From the IMG/VR virus record IMGVR_UViG_2710264501_000005, positions 5,929-69,928 of that record: a stretch of 64,000 bases of DNA; one strand, written 5' to 3'. Under the pieces are notes generated by a model. The model was given only the letters and a program-made list of their open reading frames with translations, ran no database searches and was not told where the DNA came from. How positions within the stretch are numbered: position 1 is the first letter of the stretch; every line of letters starts with the position of its first letter. This stretch comes from a virus. A program made the position numbers and the translations under genes. This document shows, piece by piece, positions 27,130 to 35,901 of this stretch.

Positions 27130-27930
27130 ATGAAACGGGGGAAGATTCTTTTTGCGGCCGTTCTAATGGCCGCTGTTGTGTGCCAGGGTGCGGAGCGGAT
27201 AACCAGCCCGCCTCCAGGTGATTTCCAGATTGATACTGGTACGTTTTCCAAGCCGGGGCCTAGCGGTCCTGTTGCGAGGATCAGCGGACCAACGACGGTC
27301 AACGCGGGCGATCTTGCCGTCATGCGGTCTGATGGATCGGCCGGAAAACTGAAGTGGTTACTGGTTCCGAAAAACGCTCTTGATCGAACGATGGAGGGAT
27401 CTAACGGCGAGCTAGCCTTTGCCAGTGCAACGCCAGGGACTTATACGTTTATCCTGATATCCGTAGACGGGGACAAGTTAGCATGGGCGATGCACGAATT
27501 GCAGAACGGGGGCGGCCCCGGACCCGGACCCACTCCCCCTGGTCCGGACCCTCCGGGGCCAACCCCGCCTCCTGATCCTCCAAACCCTGATGATCCGTTC
27601 GCCGATCTTATCAGGGTATCGCGTGAGGGAGCCGCTAAGGTAGACACGATCAACAAAGCGGAAGAGGCAGGAAAGCTTGCCCGTGCTACAAAAGCACAAG
27701 CGGCGGCAATTATGGCCGGTGCTTACAGTTCCGCCAAGGAAATCCGCGAGGCGTGGCGGGATGCCAACCATCAGGCGATAGGGTTTGAGTCTACGGGAAA
27801 GTGGTTGCCCTGGGCTGAAGCTGTTGGAAACGCCATTCAAGGTTTGGATTCGAGTGGCAAATTGAAAGAGTACAAGAGCTACGCACAAGCCTTTGAGGCT
27901 GTAGCGAAGGGATTGGAGGGTGTGCAGTGA
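27130..27930 (+). CDS. exported protein with Pro/Gly-rich linker
   Basis: Signal peptide; GPGPGPTPPGPDPPGPTPPPDPP linker. Confidence 0.7.
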   Translation: MKRGKILFAAVLMAAVVCQGAERITSPPPGDFQIDTGTFSKPGPSGPVARISGPTTVNAGDLAVMRSDGSAGKLKWLLVPKNALDRTMEGSNGELAFASATPGTYTFILISVDGDKLAWAMHELQNGGGPGPGPTPPGPDPPGPTPPPDPPNPDDPFADLIRVSREGAAKVDTINKAEEAGKLARATKAQAAAIMAGAYSSAKEIREAWRDANHQAIGFESTGKWLPWAEAVGNAIQGLDSSGKLKEYKSYAQAFEAVAKGLEGVQ

Positions 27931-28124
27931 GCGAAAAAGCCGAGGCGATTGCCATAATTGAAGAGTGCCGAGAGATCCACAAACAATGGGCAGACTGGCA
28001 GGATTCCAAAGGCGACTGGAAAGCAGAGACAAAGCCCGATGATGTAGGCGGGCCGGAATATCATCGGGAATGGGTTGCGAAGTACGAAAAGGTCTTGCGA
28101 GTATTGAAGGGGAAGTCGGAATGA
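27927..28124 (+). CDS. small hypothetical protein
   Basis: Coupled to both neighbours; has a frameshifted paralog at 4762-4938. Confidence 0.65.
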   Translation: MSEKAEAIAIIEECREIHKQWADWQDSKGDWKAETKPDDVGGPEYHREWVAKYEKVLRVLKGKSE

Positions 28125-30094
28125 GTCAGCAACCGCCATGGGAATTGATGGGCTGGTCGAAAGACCACGAAAAGGAAGCCTTTGAGCAGATCGTCCGAGC
28201 GAACCTTGTAATTCCGTTTGTGATTCAAGGACAGGGCAACGATAAGCCGGGCGTGCCGATCTGGGAGTTTGCCAAGCGGGTAAACGGCGGGCAGCACTTG
28301 CCGACGTTGAAGCAAGAGATAGGCGACTGCGTGAGCTTCGGGTGTGCTCAAGCAGGCATGTACATGAGTGCTTTTGAAATCGCATGGGCAGGCCAAGAGG
28401 AAGAGTTCAAAAGATGGTATCCGCCGTATATCTACGGCATGAGCCGCGTAGCTCCTGACCTTGGCAACGGTCGGCTTGGCAACAGCGACGGATCGACGGG
28501 AGCATGGGGAGCGGGAGCGTTGCAGAAGTACGGGGTACTGTTTGCGGACGATCAGGGCGTTCCTGCTTATTCCGGTTCGGTGGCGAAACAATGGGGCCGA
28601 TCAGGACCGCCCCGCGAGTTTCAGGAGATGGCCAAGGATAACCCGGTGAAGTCTGTTGCCAAGCTATCGAGCGTCGAAGAGATCAGAGACGCATTGATTA
28701 ACTACCATCCTTGCACAATTGCGAGTATGCGAGGGTTTGAGATGCAGCCCAAGGAATACAAAGGGCGGCATGTATTTATTCCGAGTGGTTCGTGGCCCCA
28801 CCAAATGTGTATGATCCAATGGCAAGACGATCCGTTTCCTGCGGCGTATCGCCTGAACTGCTACGACAACGAAACGGATGTGTTGACCGATCAGGGGTGG
28901 TTCCGATTCTCCGAGTTACCAGAGGATGTTCGTATAGCCACCTTGAATCCCGAGACGTTAGCTGTTGAGTATCATTCGCCAATCAGCCGAGTTGCATCGC
29001 AGTACGAAGGAGAGATGATCCATTTCAAGGCCAAAGGCGTCGATCTTCTGGTAACACCGAACCACAATATGTGGATAGCAGGAAAGTGGCCGGACCACGC
29101 GAAGTTCTCCAGATGGAAGTTTGCTACAGCCGAGACGGTTCCATCAGTGTTTGCAATAAGGAAAAATGCTGCACCTGTTGTTCAAAACGACGTACAGTCT
29201 ATCGTAGTAGCCGGTCATGAGATTTCGATGGATGATTGGCTTGAGTTCCTTGGCTGGTTTTTATCAGAGGGTTGGGCGTCTTGCCGAACAAGGATGAGGG
29301 CTAGAGCAGGAAGCAAAAAGACCGGAGGACCTTACGAGGTCGAAGAGACTGACTACTACATTGGGATTGCCAACAGCAACGAAGAACACTGCGACCGGAT
29401 ACGATCCATGCTTGGCAGATTGCCGTTTAACTTCAATGAGAAAAAGTACGGCAGATGCACACAGTTTGTTTGCTACAGTCGGGACTTAGGCAAAGAATTG
29501 GTTCCCTTTGGAAAGGCACCCCAGAAGCGAGTCCCTAATTACGTATGGGAAACTTCCGCACAGCAGCAAATGTTGCTTCTCAAGACTCTTGTAGCGGGTG
29601 ACGGTCAATGCGATGAGAGCGGATATATGAGATACAGTACCGTGTCTGTTCAACTAGCCGATGACGTTCAGAGGCTCGCGTTGAATGTTGGATTGTGTGC
29701 GGACATTACGAACATGCACACCAAGGGGAAAAAGTTTGGCAAAGCCAAGTCAAACTACGACCTATTAAAAGTATCTATCCGAGGAACGCGGTTATTGTCA
29801 ACACGAGGCGGCAAACCGTGGCATCCAGAGCGGGTTCCATACAAGGATATGGTGTATTGTGTGAATGTACCGCCGCATCATATTATCTATGTTCGGCGGA
29901 ATGGAAAAGCTTGTTGGTGTGGCCAGTCTTGGGGCGAATCGGCACATGGAAGCCCGCTAAACGGCGAGCCCGCTGGAGGTGCCTGGAATCGAGCGGAGGA
30001 TTTAGAGCGTGAGCTACGGTCGGGCGATGTGGAGGTCTACGCCCTCAGTGCTTTTGAGGGATTTCCTGGTCGGGCGAATTTCTCGCCGATTTAA
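28121..30094 (+). CDS. papain-like (C1-type) cysteine peptidase precursor containing an intein
   Basis: QEIGDCVSFG (Gln/Cys), HQMCM (His), and N|SWG split by the insert. Confidence 0.8.
   Translation: MSQQPPWELMGWSKDHEKEAFEQIVRANLVIPFVIQGQGNDKPGVPIWEFAKRVNGGQHLPTLKQEIGDCVSFGCAQAGMYMSAFEIAWAGQEEEFKRWYPPYIYGMSRVAPDLGNGRLGNSDGSTGAWGAGALQKYGVLFADDQGVPAYSGSVAKQWGRSGPPREFQEMAKDNPVKSVAKLSSVEEIRDALINYHPCTIASMRGFEMQPKEYKGRHVFIPSGSWPHQMCMIQWQDDPFPAAYRLNCYDNETDVLTDQGWFRFSELPEDVRIATLNPETLAVEYHSPISRVASQYEGEMIHFKAKGVDLLVTPNHNMWIAGKWPDHAKFSRWKFATAETVPSVFAIRKNAAPVVQNDVQSIVVAGHEISMDDWLEFLGWFLSEGWASCRTRMRARAGSKKTGGPYEVEETDYYIGIANSNEEHCDRIRSMLGRLPFNFNEKKYGRCTQFVCYSRDLGKELVPFGKAPQKRVPNYVWETSAQQQMLLLKTLVAGDGQCDESGYMRYSTVSVQLADDVQRLALNVGLCADITNMHTKGKKFGKAKSNYDLLKVSIRGTRLLSTRGGKPWHPERVPYKDMVYCVNVPPHHIIYVRRNGKACWCGQSWGESAHGSPLNGEPAGGAWNRAEDLERELRSGDVEVYALSAFEGFPGRANFSPI
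28859..29926 (+). mobile_element. 356-aa intein with LAGLIDADG-type homing endonuclease, ending in Gln
   Basis: Block A CYDNETDVLT, block B VTPNHNM, endonuclease motifs FLGWFLSEG and LLKTLVAGDG, block F VYCVNVP, end WCGQ|S. Confidence 0.85.
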
Positions 30095-30108
30095 CGAAGG
30101 GGGTTGAT

Positions 30109-30699
30109 ATGTTTGCCGAGTGGATTGTATTGGGTTCGCTGTTGTTCTGGATTCTTTTGGGCCTAATCAGTTTGTTGCTGATTATGTTTGTCGAAGAAGA
30201 AGCCGGAGGTCCTGGGGCGTTTGTGCTTGGATTGTTTTTGGTCGCATGGCTTTTGGTTGGCGATCTACCGGAACTGATAACCACTAAGCCTTGGCATATC
30301 GCTGGGTTAGCGGTCGGGTACATCGCAATTGGGGTCGCATGGTGTTGGCCTAAGTGGCTGTTTCTTCTCAATCGTTTGCGTATTGAGTACAAGAACGAAC
30401 TAGCTAGGTTTCTAAAACGGAACAATGCCGAAGAGGTTACAGAAGAGTTGCGGGAATCATGGTCTAGTATCGTTGAGTCTTCTTGGAAATGGAACTATGG
30501 TATGTCTTTCTCGGCAGAGACAGGCAAGCTAACCCCGCCATCGTTTGAGAAGAACCGAAGCCGCTTGATTGTATGGGCTGCCTACTGGCCTTGGAGTATG
30601 TTCTGGACGCTGCTACGCGACCCGATCAAGTGGATTGTAGACTTGTGTGGCGAGTTGTTTCAAAAGACCAGCGAATGGATGTTTCGCGGGTTTGAATGA
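30109..30699 (+). CDS. multi-TM membrane protein, paralog of 26465-27118
   Basis: Three N-terminal hydrophobic helices; WAAYWPWSM. Confidence 0.7.
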   Translation: MFAEWIVLGSLLFWILLGLISLLLIMFVEEEAGGPGAFVLGLFLVAWLLVGDLPELITTKPWHIAGLAVGYIAIGVAWCWPKWLFLLNRLRIEYKNELARFLKRNNAEEVTEELRESWSSIVESSWKWNYGMSFSAETGKLTPPSFEKNRSRLIVWAAYWPWSMFWTLLRDPIKWIVDLCGELFQKTSEWMFRGFE

Positions 30700-30707
30700 G
30701 GTGGATT

Positions 30708-31319
30708 ATGTTCAACGCAACGTGGCGGATAACGGTCTTGGCAATCGTGGTTGCCGCTGTGGTTTTGTTGCACGTTGCGGGGGTGTTTGGTTCCGATTGG
30801 GCACCTCTGCGAGAAAGCGATTGGACGCCTCTTCCAACGGTCCAAACCACTAAGCAGCAATATGCGGCAGCCCTGGAAGAGTACCAACGCGGGCGGCCTA
30901 TGCTGATTTACTATACGGCCAAGTGGTGTGCTCCATGCCGAAAGGTCAAGCCGTTGCTGCCACGGCTCCGCAAGATGGGCGTATTGGTAGAGATCGACAT
31001 AGACGAAGAGAAGTGGGCCAGAAAAGGGATGGTTCAGGCGGGCATCCCCCAAGTCGTGATCTTCTACAAGTCGGGATCGGAGAACGTGCGTTTGTCTTGG
31101 GTCGGAGTGCCCGAGATAACCGACCGCTTGCAGCGTTTCGAGGCGGAGGGGATCTACTATGACGGATCAGCCAAGATTCAGACGAGTCAATCGCGGGTGT
31201 TGTGGTCTGTCCGTGAGACGTACATTGTGCCGGGTCCGGTGAGCTATCGCCCGGCATGGGAGTTTGGAGCACGTCCGGTTTCAGGTTTTCCGATGGCCGA
31301 TTGTGGGCCTAGTGGATGA
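30708..31319 (+). CDS. exported thioredoxin-fold protein
   Basis: Hydrophobic N-terminus; YYTAKWCAPCRK and GIPQ cis-Pro motif. Confidence 0.8.
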   Translation: MFNATWRITVLAIVVAAVVLLHVAGVFGSDWAPLRESDWTPLPTVQTTKQQYAAALEEYQRGRPMLIYYTAKWCAPCRKVKPLLPRLRKMGVLVEIDIDEEKWARKGMVQAGIPQVVIFYKSGSENVRLSWVGVPEITDRLQRFEAEGIYYDGSAKIQTSQSRVLWSVRETYIVPGPVSYRPAWEFGARPVSGFPMADCGPSG

Positions 31320-31354
31320 GGTTAAGGGAGGCCGCTGGTTCAGCGGTGTTGAGT

Positions 31355-31726
31355 ATGAGCGGAATAGTAAACGACAAGGCGGCATACTGGGAGGGCTACG
31401 GAGCCGCAAGGGACGGCATCCCTGACAGTGCCAATCCGCACCAGTTTGGCAGCCCGCAATACGAGTCATGGGCCAATGGGTACACCAAGGGCAAGACGGA
31501 GAAGGTAGCCGATCCGAAGCCGGTATTCTTCTCCAAGTCCTTCTGGTCGGGCGTGGTTGTTACGCTCATGTCGATCTTGAGCTACTTCCAAGACCTGATA
31601 GCAAACAATCCCGGCAAGGCGGCAGCGATTGGGACGGGGATCGGGGTACTGATGATCGTGCTCCGGTTTCTGACCGATCAGCCCGTGACGCCCAACGTGA
31701 CGATCAAAAAGTTCGAGCCGAAGTAA
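31355..31726 (+). CDS. holin-like 2-TM protein with N-terminal Rmf/CrpP-like motif
   Basis: AYWEGYGAA..G.....NPH......ESWANGY; KPVFFSKSFW followed by two TM segments. Confidence 0.5.
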   Translation: MSGIVNDKAAYWEGYGAARDGIPDSANPHQFGSPQYESWANGYTKGKTEKVADPKPVFFSKSFWSGVVVTLMSILSYFQDLIANNPGKAAAIGTGIGVLMIVLRFLTDQPVTPNVTIKKFEPK

Positions 31727-31738
31727 TCGGTTTCTCTC

Positions 31739-31747
31739 TGGTATAAT
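31739..31747 (+). promoter_or_regulatory. extended -10 promoter (TG-n-TATAAT) upstream of csf1
   Basis: TGGTATAAT ends 27 nt before the csf1 ATG. Confidence 0.6.
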
Positions 31748-31774
31748 GGTGCCGTCACACCAATCGAGGGCGAT

Positions 31775-32497
31775 ATGATGACGGCAACCACTCTATTTGC
31801 ACTAGCCAGGGGGCTCCCCGTGCCCGCTGGTAGTCACCGATGCTTTTACTGCCTAGCTCCATGTACGGAAAAGCACCCGGCCGCACATCACGTGAAAAAA
31901 TCTTTTACCTCACGCGATACCGTGGGCGGCGGCAACTACGTATGCGGTGGTTGCGTGGCGGCGATGGACGAAAAGGCCACGGTAACTTTGCCGGACGGGA
32001 CGGTAAGACACCGGCAAAAGGTTCGTTGCTATTCGTGGATTGTTACAGAAAACGAAGCGATTGCTGCAACAAAGTCTCACCGGAAGTACCTGTTTGAAAG
32101 GTGCCTTAATCCTCCGCTACCGCCGTTCGTGATCTGCATTTCAGACAGCGGGCAGAAGCATCTGCTGTATCGTTCTGCCGTATGTCACTCTCAGGACACG
32201 ATCACGATATCTTTAGAGGCGGAGCCCGTTTCCTGCAGACCAGTCGATCTAGAGAAACGTGTCTTGCTTTGCAATCGCTTGTCGGCTGCTATCGGCAAGC
32301 CCGCTCTGACGTTGCCGTTGACGGTTTCAGCACAGATACGAGTAGCAGAATATCACCAGGACGAATCGTTAGTTGCGGAGTGGCTATCCGTACAAGCCCA
32401 ACCGTTATCCAGGCTAGCCATCTGGTTCGCTCTTTCCAAAAAGGAAGCTGAAAGTGAAATCCGACCAAAAGCCGCTGTTGGGAGAATTGACTACTGA
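31775..32497 (+). CDS. csf1: type IV CRISPR-associated large subunit Csf1 (Cas8-like)
   Basis: CFYC and CGGC zinc motifs, SGQKHLLY, and position ahead of Csf2 and Csf3. Confidence 0.78.
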   Translation: MMTATTLFALARGLPVPAGSHRCFYCLAPCTEKHPAAHHVKKSFTSRDTVGGGNYVCGGCVAAMDEKATVTLPDGTVRHRQKVRCYSWIVTENEAIAATKSHRKYLFERCLNPPLPPFVICISDSGQKHLLYRSAVCHSQDTITISLEAEPVSCRPVDLEKRVLLCNRLSAAIGKPALTLPLTVSAQIRVAEYHQDESLVAEWLSVQAQPLSRLAIWFALSKKEAESEIRPKAAVGRIDY

Positions 32498-32942
32498 GGA
32501 GTTCAGGCTGCGTCTTGCCTGCCTGATTGACCCGCATGAAAAGATCGCTTCCGATCAACGTGCGATTATTAAAGATTTGGCTATCCAGTTTGCAGCCGAA
32601 TTGCCAGCATTGTTTGGGGAAACACTAGACAGAGTAACGATGTGGGACAGAATAGGCAGCGGTTTGCAATCTGCGTTCGCAAAAAGTGCGGGTGCCGATT
32701 ATGAGTTTTTTGTCAATGATGTTCTAGACCACATAAAGGCTTCGCCATCTCAAGCATCTGCGAATGAGAATATTGAAGTAGTTCTCTCTACGCTGGATGG
32801 ATGGAGTATCTCTGACCGGCAGGCTTGGCTATCGTATTTTCACACACATCTAATTCCTGTTCTGGTTCGCGCTCGATCTGCATGGGCGAACAAGAAGAAG
32901 TCAAGTAAGAAGTCAGCACACGTTTCGGAGGGCGGCAAATGA
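32454..32942 (+). CDS. cas11: alpha-helical small subunit (Cas11-like)
   Basis: About 160 aa, all-helical, between csf1 and csf2 as in type IV-B. Confidence 0.55.
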   Translation: MKSDQKPLLGELTTEEFRLRLACLIDPHEKIASDQRAIIKDLAIQFAAELPALFGETLDRVTMWDRIGSGLQSAFAKSAGADYEFFVNDVLDHIKASPSQASANENIEVVLSTLDGWSISDRQAWLSYFHTHLIPVLVRARSAWANKKKSSKKSAHVSEGGK

Positions 32943-33787
32943 ACACCTATACGATTCAGTGCATCAGCACCGCGATTAGCCCGCTTACCCACATGAGCGG
33001 CACTGCTGGCAACGTGGCGATGATCGCTCGCGAACCCGTGAATACTGACACCGGAATTGTATGGCTGCCGTTTTTGTCTGGAAACGCACTACGGCACCGA
33101 TGTATCCGAGAGCCCGGAATCATGTGGTTGATTTACGAATACGATTTAGCAGGCAAGTTATCGCTTCCGCAGTTGAACTTCCTGTTGCATGGAGGCAATC
33201 TTACGGAGTCCAATGCTCACGAAAATACGAAGCGGATTGCCGAAATGCATCGCACATGGCCACTGTTGCGTCTACTTGGGGCATCGCTTCCGAACCAGAT
33301 TTTGGCAGGCAGTCTGGATGTTTGGCGTGGCACGATGGTCTGCGAGGAAAACCGTCGATCATTGGCGATGGTTATGGACATGCCACCGGAACGACTGTGT
33401 TCGGCAGAGCGTTTTGTGGGCGAATACCAGTACACCCGCAGCGACGCCGGAAAACGAGCATTGGAGAAGAGCCCGGATGCGTTGCCTGCTACAACGAACT
33501 TGATGATATTTTCTGGCCAATGCGTCCAGCGAGGTGCCGTGTTCCATCACGGTTTTGTCGCAAAGCATGTTTCGGAAATTGAGTTAGGAGCGTTACTGTG
33601 GTCGCTGAGGCTGTGGCAATACAATGGCGGGACTATAGGTGGCCAAGCGGCACGAGGGCATGGGCGACTGAGGTGTGAGCTGATGGCAGGCACGTTTGAC
33701 CAATCCGGTATGTGCCAGCAGTATATTGAATACGCCAGAGGGGTAAAAGATGACGCAATCGCATGGCTCTACGATGCGTGGAAGTAG
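32939..33787 (+). CDS. csf2: type IV Cas7-like backbone RAMP Csf2
   Basis: TAISPLTH, PFLSGNALRH, LLHGGNL, LRLLGASL, G-rich loop IGGQAARGHGR. Confidence 0.85.
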   Translation: MNTYTIQCISTAISPLTHMSGTAGNVAMIAREPVNTDTGIVWLPFLSGNALRHRCIREPGIMWLIYEYDLAGKLSLPQLNFLLHGGNLTESNAHENTKRIAEMHRTWPLLRLLGASLPNQILAGSLDVWRGTMVCEENRRSLAMVMDMPPERLCSAERFVGEYQYTRSDAGKRALEKSPDALPATTNLMIFSGQCVQRGAVFHHGFVAKHVSEIELGALLWSLRLWQYNGGTIGGQAARGHGRLRCELMAGTFDQSGMCQQYIEYARGVKDDAIAWLYDAWK

Positions 33788-34451
33788 TTACCTGAAAATC
33801 ACTGCACACTTAGCTTCACCGATTGTTGGCGACGTACCATTCCTGGATGCGATCCTTGAATACGAAATGGCCCAACGGTTGGGCCTGGCAGGCAAGATTC
33901 AGCGTCATGAAGTGGCACCGCCTTATGGACAAGTGCATATTCCCATGCTTCGCAGGCGGATTGGCGGTATGCTTGTGCCAAGCTGTTCCTCGCCGATATG
34001 TGCTCCGCAGCACGAGGCGGTGGAGTACTTCGCAAAGCGGTTCGCAGTCGAACAGGCTGGATTATTGGATGAAAAGAAACGGCTTGTCGTGGCGATGAGT
34101 AACAGTACGTACAAGAGCTATCGTCTGCCGCTTCACATGCGGGCTTGTGATCGAGTGGTGTGGTTTGCGGCTGCCCATCGTCGGCCGGTTCTCAAACTGT
34201 TGAAGTCTGTTAATTCGCTAGGGAAAAAACGGAGTTACGGATACGGACGAGTGGCCAGATGGGAGGCCGAACCTTGGCACGAAGACTGGTCGTGGTGGTT
34301 AGTTACAGAGAAAGGGTCGGTATTGATGCGTCCGCTGCCATTATGCGACGATCTGCCCTCAGACCTAATCGGCTATCGGCGAGATTTCGGTGCTTGCCAG
34401 CCGCCGATGTGGCATCCCGACAGGTATTGTGAGAGGGTAGTACCATGCTAA
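33774..34451 (+). CDS. csf3: type IV Cas5-like RAMP Csf3
   Basis: LKITAHLASP, LDAIL, G-rich loop LGKKRSYGYGRV, C-terminal RPLP...PPMWH. Confidence 0.82.
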   Translation: MRGSSYLKITAHLASPIVGDVPFLDAILEYEMAQRLGLAGKIQRHEVAPPYGQVHIPMLRRRIGGMLVPSCSSPICAPQHEAVEYFAKRFAVEQAGLLDEKKRLVVAMSNSTYKSYRLPLHMRACDRVVWFAAAHRRPVLKLLKSVNSLGKKRSYGYGRVARWEAEPWHEDWSWWLVTEKGSVLMRPLPLCDDLPSDLIGYRRDFGACQPPMWHPDRYCERVVPC

Positions 34452-34999
34452 GCAATCTGGACATAATGACTTCGGATCTTCCATTCGGCAAGGTCGATGC
34501 AATCTACACTGATCCGCCGTGGGGATCGGCAAACCTGAAATACTGGCGGACGATGAACGGCGAGCGAGGTGCAGCAGTAGATTGGCAAGCGTTTTTAAAT
34601 CGCTTGTTCACGATATTCAAGACTCACTGCCCGTTTGGTCCCTGGTATATTGAGACTGGCACAAGGTTCGTGACGGATGTAATTGATGCATCGCCGATAT
34701 CTTGCTCAAAGCGATGGAAATGCAGATACCGAGCTGGATCAAAGTGGTTGCCGAATGTGCTGCTTTTGTTCGGCGGAGTAGAGCCAAAAGCCACACTTGC
34801 AGAGTCCAAGAGAACCGGATTGCCGCTTGTGCTGTGGGCATTAGGCGATATGCCGCCCGGATCGACGGTCCTAGATCCTTGTTGCGGACTAGGAACAACC
34901 GCCAAGGCGTGCCTTCGGTTGGGTCTGAATTTTTGCGGAAACGAACTCAATCCGAACCGGCTGGAGCGAACCCGCAAGATTTTGGAGCGAAGACAGTGA
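34445..34999 (+). CDS. amino-methyltransferase (DPPW type)
   Basis: IYTDPPWG (motif IV) and VLDPCCGLGTT (motif I). Confidence 0.8.
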   Translation: MLSNLDIMTSDLPFGKVDAIYTDPPWGSANLKYWRTMNGERGAAVDWQAFLNRLFTIFKTHCPFGPWYIETGTRFVTDVIDASPISCSKRWKCRYRAGSKWLPNVLLLFGGVEPKATLAESKRTGLPLVLWALGDMPPGSTVLDPCCGLGTTAKACLRLGLNFCGNELNPNRLERTRKILERRQ

Positions 35000-35901
35000 T
35001 TATCTTAGGCACACCGTTCAACGCCAAGGTGAAACGAATTCAGGACCACGTTGCCGATACGGGAGCAAAGCGGGTCGTGGTCTTGTCGCCTAGCAAATTC
35101 CAAATGGACATGCCAGAGGAATGGGATGTTGTCGAGTGGTCAGATATCATTATGTACCGCACATTCTACCGCCTCTTGCAAGAGATCGACCCTGCGACTC
35201 TCCTGGTCATTAATGAGTGTCTTAGGGTGAGCAATCGGAGTGACCTGACGTACAACTGTATCAGGCACTTTGCCGCACAGACCAGAAATGTTTTGGTGTT
35301 CCAATATCTGCCGATCATCGACGATCTTGCAGATTTCATGACGCTGGTTGACTTCGTAACAGGCAGCAGGTTTAAGGGTCTTCCGTGGTCCAGTGAGGTT
35401 GCTAAAGCCGTCACCATCACAGGCAGGGAGGTGCCCGTTCAATTTCGAGAGATCCGCGTAGAAGCAAGCCAGAAGACGCGAGCGACCTATCAGCGTGAAC
35501 GTGATAGAGCGTTCGAGCAACTGGGTGCGAAAGACCCGCACACAATCCCAAGGAACCTCTATCAGATTACAGGCAGGGATCGATTGGCTGCGACAACTGA
35601 TCGGGATCTGGTAGGGCGAAACAACCGATTTAAGATAAGCCGGATGCAGCTTTTTCGTGACAGGTCTTTCCGCACTCCGAGTACGATTTTCGAGGTGTCT
35701 CATTCGATCAGAGATGTTGTGGATTTCTTGAGTTTGTCTGAACAAGAGGACATTCCGTTTATCGCTACGGATGTAAAAGTAGACCAGTGGTACTACCAAC
35801 AAACGCGAGCATGGGAGGGTCGACTTCGTGAAGCCTACGCAGCGATACGATCAGCGAACCGTCCTGGAAGCTTCTATCCAGAGGATATCGCTGCTGTTTG
35901 A
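34996..35901 (+). CDS. degenerate SF2/SNF2-like helicase-fold protein
   Basis: LLVINECLR in place of DExx; no Walker A; GTG start overlaps the upstream stop. Confidence 0.5.
   Translation: MIILGTPFNAKVKRIQDHVADTGAKRVVVLSPSKFQMDMPEEWDVVEWSDIIMYRTFYRLLQEIDPATLLVINECLRVSNRSDLTYNCIRHFAAQTRNVLVFQYLPIIDDLADFMTLVDFVTGSRFKGLPWSSEVAKAVTITGREVPVQFREIRVEASQKTRATYQRERDRAFEQLGAKDPHTIPRNLYQITGRDRLAATTDRDLVGRNNRFKISRMQLFRDRSFRTPSTIFEVSHSIRDVVDFLSLSEQEDIPFIATDVKVDQWYYQQTRAWEGRLREAYAAIRSANRPGSFYPEDIAAV

Noticed and set aside
25970-27600. Pro-rich repeats as template and variable repeats of a diversity-generating retroelement
   Set aside because: They are low-complexity linkers; no reverse transcriptase or adenine-specific mismatch pair is seen.
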